From the IMG/VR virus record IMGVR_UViG_3300019742_000001: a stretch of DNA of 64,000 nt, one strand, 5' to 3'. The position numbers were made by a program, and so were the translations under genes. The DNA comes from a virus (lineage: Duplodnaviria; Caudoviricetes). This document shows, piece after piece, positions 48,332 to 57,948 of the stretch (positions are counted from its first letter, which is position 1; each line of letters opens with the position of its first letter). Under the pieces are notes generated by a model, which had not been told where the DNA came from, did not search any database, and saw only the letters and a program-made list of their open reading frames with translations.

Positions 48332-49126
48332 CTATCTCCCCATATGATTAATGAAAGATAATATTCTATTTTTGATTATGGGTGTTAGTGAACCAAAATC
48401 ATACAACCCATTTTGTATGAAATAGTTGTGTCTCATTTTACAGTAAGTTATAAAATCACAGTAAAACTCAGTGATGTTATTGTATTGTGTTAATCTAGGA
48501 TATATATAAGATTCAACAAACAACTTAAATTCCGATATATCTGATACATCAAACCGTGACTTCTTGTATGGACGTTCAATGAACCATTCATATAAAAATG
48601 AATCATATCTATGTCTACTCTCAACCATAAAAATAGAATCCAAATCCATCATCAACAGGTTAGATCCATCGTCATATATATTTGTAGGATTCGTATCACA
48701 GTGAACCAATATACAATCATCTTTGTCATAATATGAAGTGTTATCACCAAACATCACATAATATTTATTTGACGTGTTTATATGGTTTATATGTTCTGTT
48801 ACAATATCAAAGAATATTAATGTTTGATAGGGGGTGATGGTTGGTACAGTAATATTAGGTATGTATTCATATTTCGTGACTAGAATATTATCGTGAACTG
48901 TTATATCATAAGGTGTTAATAATACTTTACTATTTTCTAACATCAACAGAGAATATAACTCTTCTATGTATTTAAGATGTGATAAGTCATTGAAATGTAA
49001 CAACTGAACATATACATCAATATCTCCTGTAATTACAGCAGAAGACTTATCCCATGTATCATTAGAACCTATACATAAATCATACGACATGTTTGGATAT
49101 AACTTCTCCAACACATCAACAAACAT
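48332..49126 (-). CDS. Phosphotransferase (APH/choline-kinase-like)
   Basis: LVHCDTNPTNI and MDLD motifs. Confidence 0.65.
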   Translation of the reverse strand: MFVDVLEKLYPNMSYDLCIGSNDTWDKSSAVITGDIDVYVQLLHFNDLSHLKYIEELYSLLMLENSKVLLTPYDITVHDNILVTKYEYIPNITVPTITPYQTLIFFDIVTEHINHINTSNKYYVMFGDNTSYYDKDDCILVHCDTNPTNIYDDGSNLLMMDLDSIFMVESRHRYDSFLYEWFIERPYKKSRFDVSDISEFKLFVESYIYPRLTQYNNITEFYCDFITYCKMRHNYFIQNGLYDFGSLTPIIKNRILSFINHMGR

Positions 49127-49581
49127 TAGTGGTCACTTCCTAACTGTATGTAATATATACCAGTTTTTTGTTTATTGATATGATCTAATACATATTCAAA
49201 GTCATATAGATCAACTGGTTGGTAGGTTTGTATATTCAATATGTTCATTATTTTGATATCGTCGTCTAATGAATGACCAGCACCGAACTTATCATATCCA
49301 TATTTTCCAGCATTACATATTATTATCTTTCCATATTTACTTCCAAATTGACAACAACTAAATTTCAATTGTTCGTATCGGTGAATTATGAATCCAGCAA
49401 CACCATATACATACACGGTTTTACCTGTCTTTGATAACCCACCAGCTATATTAAGTAAATTAGATTCCCCTAGACCAACGTTGACAATGTTGGCACAAGT
49501 CGGGAACCTGTTATCATCAAACATATCTGAGTGTAAAAGATAGTCTGTTGATGACATGTAACTACCTAACTTCTTTCTCAT
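49126..49581 (-). CDS. Transketolase-like pyrimidine-binding subunit (truncated)
   Basis: NIVNVGLGESNLLNIAGGL, RYEQLK, GAGHS and YYIQLG; no C-terminal TK domain. Confidence 0.82.
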   Translation of the reverse strand: MRKKLGSYMSSTDYLLHSDMFDDNRFPTCANIVNVGLGESNLLNIAGGLSKTGKTVYVYGVAGFIIHRYEQLKFSCCQFGSKYGKIIICNAGKYGYDKFGAGHSLDDDIKIMNILNIQTYQPVDLYDFEYVLDHINKQKTGIYYIQLGSDH

Positions 49582-50255
49582 ACCTCTCCTAATTTATCGG
49601 AAATACTTAAAGTTTCGTTTTCAATTGGTTTGTAATGCCAATACGTAGGGTTGTTCTCCATTTCAATGACACCATCACCTTTTTTTGTGTGAACAAAATA
49701 TACAACTGGTTTGTCATCAAAAAGTTCATAATTTAATGACTTTACATCATAGACTTCAACCACCTTCCATCCGTTATTCTCAAACATTGATATATCAGAA
49801 TCAATATTTGTTAAAAGATTTGATGTTAATTGTTGTTTGTTATAATCAATAGTCAATACAATTTTTTGTTGATGTCTCCCTATAAATTGTATTGATTCAA
49901 GAATTGATCCCATCTGTAGTTGTGAGTCGGATATATTAACATATGTCTTCTTGCCATTTCCTATCACCATTCCACTGGCAACACCAAGGGCATTACCTAA
50001 TGTCTCATCACTGAAATCCACCCAATCAATTTCATATTCTTTCACACCAGCACTATATGTCTGGGAGTCAATGTAACCCATTTTATCCCAGACATAATAG
50101 TAAGCACAACTCCCAAAAGGTTTTCCTATAACTATATTATGTTCGTATGGAACAACTAATTTATTACAAAATATTTCATTTATGTAATAGAGTTGTGACA
50201 ATGCTGATGGTATATGTCCGTATCCATGTTGTTTTGTGTAATCAATAAAATTCAA
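49578..50255 (-). CDS. Transketolase-like ThDP-binding subunit
   Basis: GHIPSALS, LGNALGVASG, SDSQLQMG (GDG variant), TKKGDGV...WHY. Confidence 0.85.
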   Translation of the reverse strand: MNFIDYTKQHGYGHIPSALSQLYYINEIFCNKLVVPYEHNIVIGKPFGSCAYYYVWDKMGYIDSQTYSAGVKEYEIDWVDFSDETLGNALGVASGMVIGNGKKTYVNISDSQLQMGSILESIQFIGRHQQKIVLTIDYNKQQLTSNLLTNIDSDISMFENNGWKVVEVYDVKSLNYELFDDKPVVYFVHTKKGDGVIEMENNPTYWHYKPIENETLSISDKLGEV

Positions 50256-50258
50256 TTT

Positions 50259-51125
50259 TTATCTTATATCCCTTAAAAATTTACGAATGTCATCCAACAA
50301 ATGATCGGATGTATTTTCTCTACCAGCTAATTTAAATGATGTGAATCCCAAATCAAGTGCTCGTGAATACATTTCATCGTTATAATCCATACCCAATTTA
50401 GGTCCGTACTCCTCAATTTGTTCAGGACTTCCTTTATCTGGGTCAAACTCTGGGATGAAACATTCTTCTGTATCAAAACATTGTTTGAACCCAACTTCTT
50501 CCCAAGGTTTATTGGATACTCGGTTTAAGTTTGCAATGGCTTCAAAATGTTCTCTGAAATAAGGACACGCATAACTACATGTGTCATTGGTCAAAAGTTC
50601 ATATTTGGATCTATCTACTCTTGAGTACCATTTCTCTTCAAATACTACTTCAAATTTAGGTACTATCATATCATACTTTGTCTCTAATTCCAAATACCTA
50701 TTAATTAATCCTTCCGTTATTTCCACATCACTTGGATGACCTGTTACACTGTACACTAAAGTAAAGTCATACCTATTTCTGATATATTTACGTAATTCAT
50801 CGTTAACCAAAATTATTTTATTTCTAATGTTATATTTCTTGCCATAGAAATTTAATAGTTCCAGTAATTCATTGCCAACTTTATCATCAAGTTCTATTAT
50901 AGGGTTAGTGAATGTTAGTGCCACCTTTATACCCAGCTTATTGTACATTTCAATCATTCTTGGTTCTAGTACAATATCTCTATTTACTCTTCCACCATTC
51001 CATCGACATAAATTAGGTCCGTCATATACCGTAAAGTTTATATCCTTATTCTTTGATCTCACCTTTAATATATTTACAATCAACTCATCAAAGTGTGTTA
51101 CTGCTCCTGCTATATTTAAATTCAT
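50259..51125 (-). CDS. Peptidase U32-family (Fe-S hydroxylase-like) protein
   Basis: ELLTNDTCSYACPY and FKLAGR resemble the U32 Cys and KIEGR motifs. Confidence 0.65.
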   Translation of the reverse strand: MNLNIAGAVTHFDELIVNILKVRSKNKDINFTVYDGPNLCRWNGGRVNRDIVLEPRMIEMYNKLGIKVALTFTNPIIELDDKVGNELLELLNFYGKKYNIRNKIILVNDELRKYIRNRYDFTLVYSVTGHPSDVEITEGLINRYLELETKYDMIVPKFEVVFEEKWYSRVDRSKYELLTNDTCSYACPYFREHFEAIANLNRVSNKPWEEVGFKQCFDTEECFIPEFDPDKGSPEQIEEYGPKLGMDYNDEMYSRALDLGFTSFKLAGRENTSDHLLDDIRKFLRDIR

Positions 51126-51147
51126 CGTTCCTCCGTTTTTATAATTG

Positions 51148-51912
51148 TCACATTAAAAAGCATTGATCGTTTGGACAATCATTGTTATTTTGTCTGTAGT
51201 TACACGTATATTTATGTAAAGATGCGTCAAACAACACATACTTGTCCTTGTATATACACACGTCCCCTTTATAACTAATTTCACCTTTCATCTGTCGTTC
51301 CCACTTGAAACTTCTATCACCTTTTTCGAATCTATATACTTTACCTATAACTGTTTTCTTTAAACGATTGAATTCAAATAAATGGTTGTTACACACATCA
51401 TCTAAATTGAAATCCGCTATTGGGGTGACATACAATATGTCCCTGTTATCCAGTATCGGTAACACCTGTTTGTATAAATCTAATGATTGTTGACCATCAT
51501 ACATAACATCAATACGCCTGATTATGTGTTGTAGGTCTGATATATCATATATTAGTTTAGGTATATCAACGATCTCTGTGTCGTGTAAACTTATCTGTAT
51601 TTCAAATTGTTCGTTGTCTAATATTCTTCTAATTTTATCAGTCAATGAAAAATTGGTCTGGATTATATAGTTCAATCCTATCTCGTTCATATGGTGTATG
51701 ATCTCACCGATAAATGGGTGACAGAATGGTTCCCCGCCAAATACGAACAGTTCATCGTCTGGGTAATGTAATTTGATGTCATCAAGAAATTTAAATACCT
51801 TTGTCTTATCTTGTTCGTGTGGTATTGATTCATCCAACATATCATTTCTACCATTACCACAATAAAAACATTTATAATTACATTCTAATATACATTCCCA
51901 TTCAATAATCAT
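51148..51912 (-). CDS. Radical SAM protein
   Basis: CNYKCFYC, FGGEP, C-terminal Cys cluster. Confidence 0.92.
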   Translation of the reverse strand: MIIEWECILECNYKCFYCGNGRNDMLDESIPHEQDKTKVFKFLDDIKLHYPDDELFVFGGEPFCHPFIGEIIHHMNEIGLNYIIQTNFSLTDKIRRILDNEQFEIQISLHDTEIVDIPKLIYDISDLQHIIRRIDVMYDGQQSLDLYKQVLPILDNRDILYVTPIADFNLDDVCNNHLFEFNRLKKTVIGKVYRFEKGDRSFKWERQMKGEISYKGDVCIYKDKYVLFDASLHKYTCNYRQNNNDCPNDQCFLM

Positions 51913-52844
51913 ACCCGTTCCTTGTGGATCTTCATTAAACCATCACAACTACAGAATTCATGTGGACAGATTCTCGGATCTATGTGTTTAATATTCTTGA
52001 AGAAATCAGTTGGAATGTTGATTGAATTTCTGTCAAAACACTGGTCCGATATTTTACAATTATTATCAATTTCAAAATTATTCTGCCAACATTTCCATCC
52101 TTTGAACTGGTTGTATTCATTACTAAATATTTCATAATCACTGAATATATATTCATCTGATTCGGTATTGAACACAAATTCCTTGACCCTCTGTGACTCT
52201 AGGAACTTAAAGAACTTGAAGAAATCCTCAGTATAATCAACATCTTGGTTGAATCCTCCATATATGAAATGGGGGTGTAATATTGCATACTCAAGTTTGT
52301 TGAGTTTTTCGTACCTGTGTTTCGTCACATCCCAATACTTAGGATCAGGGTGAAGCATAAGGTTTATCTTGGTTTTGTACCCCTTGTTGTGCATTAAAAC
52401 AATATTATTATAGAATTGTTCAAATTCCTCACCACCAACTGATTCAGGGTGAAGACTCCAAAGCATATAAGTCTTACCATCACTCTCAAGGTGTTTTTCA
52501 AAAAACGATGTGTCCTTGTGTCCATTGGTGGTTATATAAAGTCTTGAATCTTCATGAGTCAGAACCTTTTCTCTAATTATATCAAGTAGTTTGAAGTATC
52601 TTTGGTGTAGTGTTGGTTCTCCACCCAACAACCCTAGAAACACAGGCAATTCACTTTTTGACAATTCATCTATAACATGTTGTTGTTTTTTCCATAGAGC
52701 AGGTATACCCCATCTATCACCATATTGTTTTCTGGCATAACAATATGAACATTTGTATTGACACATTGTTGTGATGTCCCAGTGAACATATAGTCGTTGG
52801 ATATAGTGATCAACCCCTTGAGCCGATATAAAATCATTTTTCAT
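51909..52844 (-). CDS. Radical SAM protein with Twitch-like C-terminus
   Basis: CQYKCSYC, LGGEPT, FKGWKC...C...CPHEFCSCD. Confidence 0.93.
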   Translation of the reverse strand: MKNDFISAQGVDHYIQRLYVHWDITTMCQYKCSYCYARKQYGDRWGIPALWKKQQHVIDELSKSELPVFLGLLGGEPTLHQRYFKLLDIIREKVLTHEDSRLYITTNGHKDTSFFEKHLESDGKTYMLWSLHPESVGGEEFEQFYNNIVLMHNKGYKTKINLMLHPDPKYWDVTKHRYEKLNKLEYAILHPHFIYGGFNQDVDYTEDFFKFFKFLESQRVKEFVFNTESDEYIFSDYEIFSNEYNQFKGWKCWQNNFEIDNNCKISDQCFDRNSINIPTDFFKNIKHIDPRICPHEFCSCDGLMKIHKERV

Positions 52845-53428
52845 AATATGATCCTATCAATATCCCTTGACCCATACTCCAACACCAGTTGTAAGTTTTC
52901 TTTTGTCATATACCCCTTGTATTTTATGATGATCTTTGTTATGTTCTTTTTACTCAAGTAATCTCTTCGTTCACTGTATGTTGCTGGTGTGATTGTAATG
53001 TAAATATCATCATGTTTTTCTATAAATGGGTCTAAGTTGTGGAAATTTAGATCAGATGCCACAACTATATATTCAGTTTTTTCTTTATAGTCTTTGTTTA
53101 CTATATCATCAATTTCCATGTCCATAGAGCAATGGTAATAGATTTCATCAACCATTTCAACTACTTCCTTGTGGTCAAAAATTCTACCGTTTGACGCAAT
53201 GGCAACTTTACATCCCTTGTCTTTTAATATAGACACAACTTCAACCAATCGTTCGGTTTTTAATATTCCGGGTTCTCCGCCAGACAAAACAACATGTGAG
53301 TTCTCTGGTATCCCTTGTGCCTTTGATATAATTTCACCAAATGGTATATCTTTTTTGTAAATACGTGATAAACAATAAGAACATGTCCAGTCACAAGAGT
53401 GTGTCATTAGTATGCAATATTTTTCCAT
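52841..53428 (-). CDS. Short radical SAM protein (paralog of 55065..55661)
   Basis: CDWTCSYC, LSGGEPG, SNG; start moved to ATG 53428 (SD AGGAG). Confidence 0.9.
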   Translation of the reverse strand: MEKYCILMTHSCDWTCSYCLSRIYKKDIPFGEIISKAQGIPENSHVVLSGGEPGILKTERLVEVVSILKDKGCKVAIASNGRIFDHKEVVEMVDEIYYHCSMDMEIDDIVNKDYKEKTEYIVVASDLNFHNLDPFIEKHDDIYITITPATYSERRDYLSKKNITKIIIKYKGYMTKENLQLVLEYGSRDIDRIIL

Positions 53429-53429
53429 G

Positions 53430-54068
53430 TTACTCCTTTCGTTCCCATCTCCCATCAGTATTTAAGTATGGAAAACTTATATTGTCACCACCGTCAGTGG
53501 TTTGTGTGAACATAAATCTATTTATTTTTCTAAAAGATCCTTCTAATAATTTGAATATTACAAAATCATTCTGTATATAATTATCGTCAGGAAAGTCATT
53601 CACATCCAAACATTTCTTTTTAAAGCAAATCTGCCCAAACTGAAAGTTGTGGTTGTTGTATCCCACCATAAAATCATCTTTGGTGCAGTCACCGATTGTC
53701 TGTTTAAAAAATGACAAGAAGTTGGTTGACCATTTATACGGTATGTAATTAAAGTAGAATATGTCTTCTGTATAACCATCCAATACTTCAAAGAAATCGA
53801 TGCTAAGAATATCATCATCCTCTAAAAAATATACATAACCATCACCAGATTGTTTGTATAAATCCAAGTATAGGTCACATAAATTATCAGATGTCTTGTA
53901 TTGGTATTTTATCATATCAGTATACACTTCTGTTATGTCATTACTATCATTATTAACAGTAATACACAAATCTACATTGTAATGATGGAATGCATCAATA
54001 ACCGAATCAATACATCGTTTGAAAAGTGTTGGTCTGTTATGGGTTAATATCAACACATGTATTTTCAT
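53430..54068 (-). CDS. Glycosyltransferase family 2 (GT-A)
   Basis: VLILTHNRPTLFKRCIDSV and YFLEDDD motifs. Confidence 0.88.
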   Translation of the reverse strand: MKIHVLILTHNRPTLFKRCIDSVIDAFHHYNVDLCITVNNDSNDITEVYTDMIKYQYKTSDNLCDLYLDLYKQSGDGYVYFLEDDDILSIDFFEVLDGYTEDIFYFNYIPYKWSTNFLSFFKQTIGDCTKDDFMVGYNNHNFQFGQICFKKKCLDVNDFPDDNYIQNDFVIFKLLEGSFRKINRFMFTQTTDGGDNISFPYLNTDGRWERKE

Positions 54069-55068
54069 ACAAACCTTTCCTGTAATAATTCACTTGTTTT
54101 ATTTTTTCACCATCAACAGGTCGCACTTCTTGAATAATATCATTTTCTATGCCATCACATATATAAAAATACTTACATTTTATACATTCAGGTTGCTTTT
54201 TGTAACTATTAATACGATCCTTTTTTGCGTCATTAAATAGAGACTTTAGTTCATTTCCGATATATTTCTCTGGTTTCAATCTCCCACTATAAACTGACAT
54301 GTTCCAATCGTATATGTCATAGATATGTTGGTATACATTACACACGTATTTCTCGTATCCGACCATAAAACAATAAGGGGTATACCTTACGTTGATAATG
54401 GGGACAAAATCCAACCTGTCTATACAGGGTTTGATGTAATCAGTGATTTCTTCATATGATATGTCAGTGATGACACCAGTATTACCCCACTTATTCAATG
54501 TTAGAAAATTAACCTCATATGGATTCAATTCTCTTATTATGCCCGAAAACTTGTCAAGATGTTTGTAGTTCATATGACTAACAACACAGTTAATACGAAC
54601 CAACAAACCCAACTCATTAGCATTGTTTATAGATTTGATAATCCATTTATAATTACCAAATCCACCTGTCATTTTATTGTGTCGGTCACTGTCTCCATGT
54701 AGACTAAACAGTATCTCTTTAAGTCCGTGTTCTACAGACTTCTTTAGGAAATCCATATCAGAAAACATGACACCATTACTTAAAGTGCTTATTGACATCC
54801 CTTTGGAAACACAATAGTCTAATATCTCAAACCAATCTTCGTGTAATGAACTTTCCCCTCCACTCAAATCAACTTCTTTGATACCACATGACACCAAATA
54901 ATCAACACGTTCCTTAATCACTTCAAGGGGTGTTATTTCAGTAAGACTACCTTGATAATAACAGAACCAACAATTCTGGTTACACATAGTACCTGTGTCT
55001 AGCTTGGCTCGTTTGCAATATGGTTCTGTGTAATCGATTTCTATAGCCGTACTGATACCATTGATCAT
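54037..55068 (-). CDS. Radical SAM protein with C-terminal CxxCx5C
   Basis: CNQNCWFC, SGGE, SNG, FSLHG, CIKCKYFYICDG. Confidence 0.93.
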   Translation of the reverse strand: MINGISTAIEIDYTEPYCKRAKLDTGTMCNQNCWFCYYQGSLTEITPLEVIKERVDYLVSCGIKEVDLSGGESSLHEDWFEILDYCVSKGMSISTLSNGVMFSDMDFLKKSVEHGLKEILFSLHGDSDRHNKMTGGFGNYKWIIKSINNANELGLLVRINCVVSHMNYKHLDKFSGIIRELNPYEVNFLTLNKWGNTGVITDISYEEITDYIKPCIDRLDFVPIINVRYTPYCFMVGYEKYVCNVYQHIYDIYDWNMSVYSGRLKPEKYIGNELKSLFNDAKKDRINSYKKQPECIKCKYFYICDGIENDIIQEVRPVDGEKIKQVNYYRKGLYENTCVDINP

Positions 55069-55661
55069 ATAAACTCACCACATGATTCAGGGGAAAATGA
55101 TAATAATAGTTTTAGGTTCTCTTTTGTCATATATTCTCTATAAGACCGTATCATTCTTATGATGTTACCGTGACTTAAATTTTCTGATGGATCATTTAAT
55201 ATATTTCCTTTTCCGGGGATTAATGATATCTTAATGTCATTATGTTTCTTCAAGAATCCATCCAAGTTATTGAAATTATTGTCTGTTACAACCACCATAT
55301 ATTCTATGAATATATCACCCACGTTCTTTACAACGACATCATCTATGTCCATATTCATAGAACAGTGGTACAATATATGTTTGGTTACCTCAAGAACTCG
55401 TTTGTGTTTGAATATCTCCCCATTAGAACATATAGTAACAACACAACCCTTTTCCTGTAAGATGTTCATTAGTTCTAATAAATCATCTTCTTTTAATGTT
55501 CCGGGTTCTCCCCCACTAAGTGATACTTCTGAGTTTGGTTCTATGGTAAGAGCAGCATCTAATACATCACGGAAATTTCTGTGTTTGTTGTTAGTAATAC
55601 GAGGACAATAAGGACAATCCCAATTACAATTATACGTGGTTATTATACTATATTCTTTCAT
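55065..55661 (-). CDS. Short radical SAM protein (paralog of 52841..53428)
   Basis: CNWDCPYC, LSGGEPG; shares YHCSM and YMTKENL with its paralog. Confidence 0.9.
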   Translation of the reverse strand: MKEYSIITTYNCNWDCPYCPRITNNKHRNFRDVLDAALTIEPNSEVSLSGGEPGTLKEDDLLELMNILQEKGCVVTICSNGEIFKHKRVLEVTKHILYHCSMNMDIDDVVVKNVGDIFIEYMVVVTDNNFNNLDGFLKKHNDIKISLIPGKGNILNDPSENLSHGNIIRMIRSYREYMTKENLKLLLSFSPESCGEFI

Positions 55662-56551
55662 TATTCTATTATCCCCTTAATAATATTGATGATTTCGTCA
55701 CCATCATTCAGAAACAACCCTTTGAAATTGTGTTCAATGTCATATCTACGCCAGTACAATCCCTTATCAGTTGTGTGATAATCTATCTCGTACACAACCT
55801 CTTTGTTATAATACTCACATTCGGTGACAAATCTAGGACTACAATCTTTCTTGTTCATTGTTGGTGTGTATATATAGACACCAAACTTTTCAAATAAATT
55901 CTTAATGGGCATTGGTTCTTGTATGAACCTATCCGATAGATCCATATGTTCGTTTGTCACCAACAGAAAATTACCTTTATATTTTTCTTCTATGGATTGA
56001 AGGTATTGTTTATTCAGTTTGCGTGAGTTTGTGGTGGCATATATAAGATTGTTGTCAACAGAATCCCCTATATCCTTGTATCTACTGAACAATATCTTCT
56101 TGATATAGTTTATGGTGTTACTTCCTTCCCCATAGATCCTGTTATCTTGTAGGACAGTGATGTTATCCATTGATTGGAATGTCAGATCATTACAAGGGAA
56201 TGCCATTATATTATCAAAGAATAATGATTTATCAGAAAGGTTTTTGAAGTTACCGTCAACAACAAGAAGATTCTTGCCCTTGACGATTTTTGGTTGATCA
56301 GCAAACACAATATCAGACAACAGTTCATCTATTTCATCAGATGTGAAGTCGTATTTCTCTTGTACAACAGTTCGTATTGTATTAGGAACCATTTCGTCAC
56401 ATATCAATATACCAACTTTGATGTGATTTTTTAATATAGAATAATACTCAATCATTTCAAATAGATGTCCGTTCACGCCCTGTTTGGACCTACTCCCACA
56501 CCAAGACGAACATAAAAATAGATCATATGAGGTGTCAAGAATTACAATCAT
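55661..56551 (-). CDS. Hypothetical protein, possibly GT-B glycosyltransferase-like
   Basis: VNGHLFEMIEY N-terminal loop; DCSPRFVTEC resembles the GT-B nucleotide-binding motif; paralog of 56535..57344. Confidence 0.5.
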   Translation of the reverse strand: MIVILDTSYDLFLCSSWCGSRSKQGVNGHLFEMIEYYSILKNHIKVGILICDEMVPNTIRTVVQEKYDFTSDEIDELLSDIVFADQPKIVKGKNLLVVDGNFKNLSDKSLFFDNIMAFPCNDLTFQSMDNITVLQDNRIYGEGSNTINYIKKILFSRYKDIGDSVDNNLIYATTNSRKLNKQYLQSIEEKYKGNFLLVTNEHMDLSDRFIQEPMPIKNLFEKFGVYIYTPTMNKKDCSPRFVTECEYYNKEVVYEIDYHTTDKGLYWRRYDIEHNFKGLFLNDGDEIINIIKGIIE

Positions 56552-57344
56552 TTAGAAAATCCCTTATTAGTTTGTCATCATCAGACAAAAACAACACATC
56601 TGGATCACCGTTGCATATAATATCATGTCGTTCTTTGATACTATCATTCTCATTGCCATTTAAATATACCTTGATTGGTATATCATGTAAGTATGATTCG
56701 GCCACTATTCTATTGTTTTTGTCTAGTTGTCCTGTGTGCCAATATATAATCTCGTTGATATTTTCGAACAGTTTTTCATTGTGTTGTAAATATTTCTTGG
56801 TATATACTTTGTTTTCATCAAGACCCAATTTTAATACTATAGAATCATTATCCTTTTGTGGTGAGGATAGAAAAATACTATCACCCTTAGTATTATATGT
56901 TATATGAACTTCTTTGTATAACTTCAACCGTTCTTTTATATTAAATATTTGGTATGGATACCACCCATAGAACGTGTGATTGGGTTTCGTGTTTATGAAT
57001 TTGTGTGTATCGTTACTATAAATCCTAACGTTATCAACCTTTGATAAAAAATACCTTACCTTTGTGTAGGTATTAATATCAAGAATCAATAAGTTTTTAA
57101 TATCACTTCTGGCGATATCCGTTAGTTTAGGTATCAACACAAAATCTTCTAAGAATTTATGGTCAAATGTATATTTTTCCTTAAATACTGACTTGAACAT
57201 TTCAAAATTGTCCAAGTCAGCGTTAAGTATGAAATATTTTATATCTGGTTGGTATTGTTTTATATACAAAAAATATTCAAAGCAATAAAAAAGTGTGCCG
57301 TTTATAGTCTTATGATTATTTGAATTGTATAATATTACATTCAT
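56535..57344 (-). CDS. Hypothetical protein, possibly GT-B glycosyltransferase-like
   Basis: INGTLFYCFEY and DKNNRIVAES; paralog of 55661..56551. Confidence 0.5.
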   Translation of the reverse strand: MNVILYNSNNHKTINGTLFYCFEYFLYIKQYQPDIKYFILNADLDNFEMFKSVFKEKYTFDHKFLEDFVLIPKLTDIARSDIKNLLILDINTYTKVRYFLSKVDNVRIYSNDTHKFINTKPNHTFYGWYPYQIFNIKERLKLYKEVHITYNTKGDSIFLSSPQKDNDSIVLKLGLDENKVYTKKYLQHNEKLFENINEIIYWHTGQLDKNNRIVAESYLHDIPIKVYLNGNENDSIKERHDIICNGDPDVLFLSDDDKLIRDFLNDCNS

Positions 57345-57922
57345 CTCCTTTTATCAAAATCATCAACCAAAGCATCAAGTTCTTCCTTATTTTTGCAGTT
57401 CAATGCATCTTTTTCAAATTTTCGTGTTTTGTGGTACGTATATGAAATATGACTTAGTTTATCCATAGACTCTAAATACAATTCCAAATCTGATATCAAT
57501 TCTTCGTCACCAGTTTCGATAATTTCAAGATATTTTTCCTCTCTATTATCATCAGTTATAAAATAACCCAATGAAGCAAGTTTACTAAAAACAGTCAGAT
57601 AATCAAAATAATTAATGGCACCAACATTAAATAAACCGTAATCCATTTTACGATATACATCAGATAACGCAATCATTATATCTTTCGTCAAACCATCAAC
57701 TTCGGTTATGACAACATCCATACTTGTCAGCTCACCCTGAACACCTTTCGGCAAAAAAACCATTTTGTTTTTTGATATAGCATCTCTGATAGCATCACCA
57801 GCTGCATTAGAACATTTAATATAATGCTCGTCATTCTTCATTAGTGAGTTCTCATAGGTATCCACAAATCTTGCTCTATATTTGTCTCCTACATCCCTTA
57901 CCGCCACAACGTCAAATTTCAT
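57341..57922 (-). CDS. Hypothetical acidic helical protein
   Basis: GYFITDDNREEKYLEII motif; start probably ATG 57922. Confidence 0.75.
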   Translation of the reverse strand: MKFDVVAVRDVGDKYRARFVDTYENSLMKNDEHYIKCSNAAGDAIRDAISKNKMVFLPKGVQGELTSMDVVITEVDGLTKDIMIALSDVYRKMDYGLFNVGAINYFDYLTVFSKLASLGYFITDDNREEKYLEIIETGDEELISDLELYLESMDKLSHISYTYHKTRKFEKDALNCKNKEELDALVDDFDKRR

Positions 57923-57948
57923 TTTATTCCCCCACAAGTTTTATTGTT

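Noticed and set aside
51148-55661. 7-deazaguanine DNA-modification pathway (QueE-like radical SAM)
   Set aside because: No FolE, QueD, QueC or DpdA-like genes are recognisable in the window, and the neighbours are sugar enzymes.
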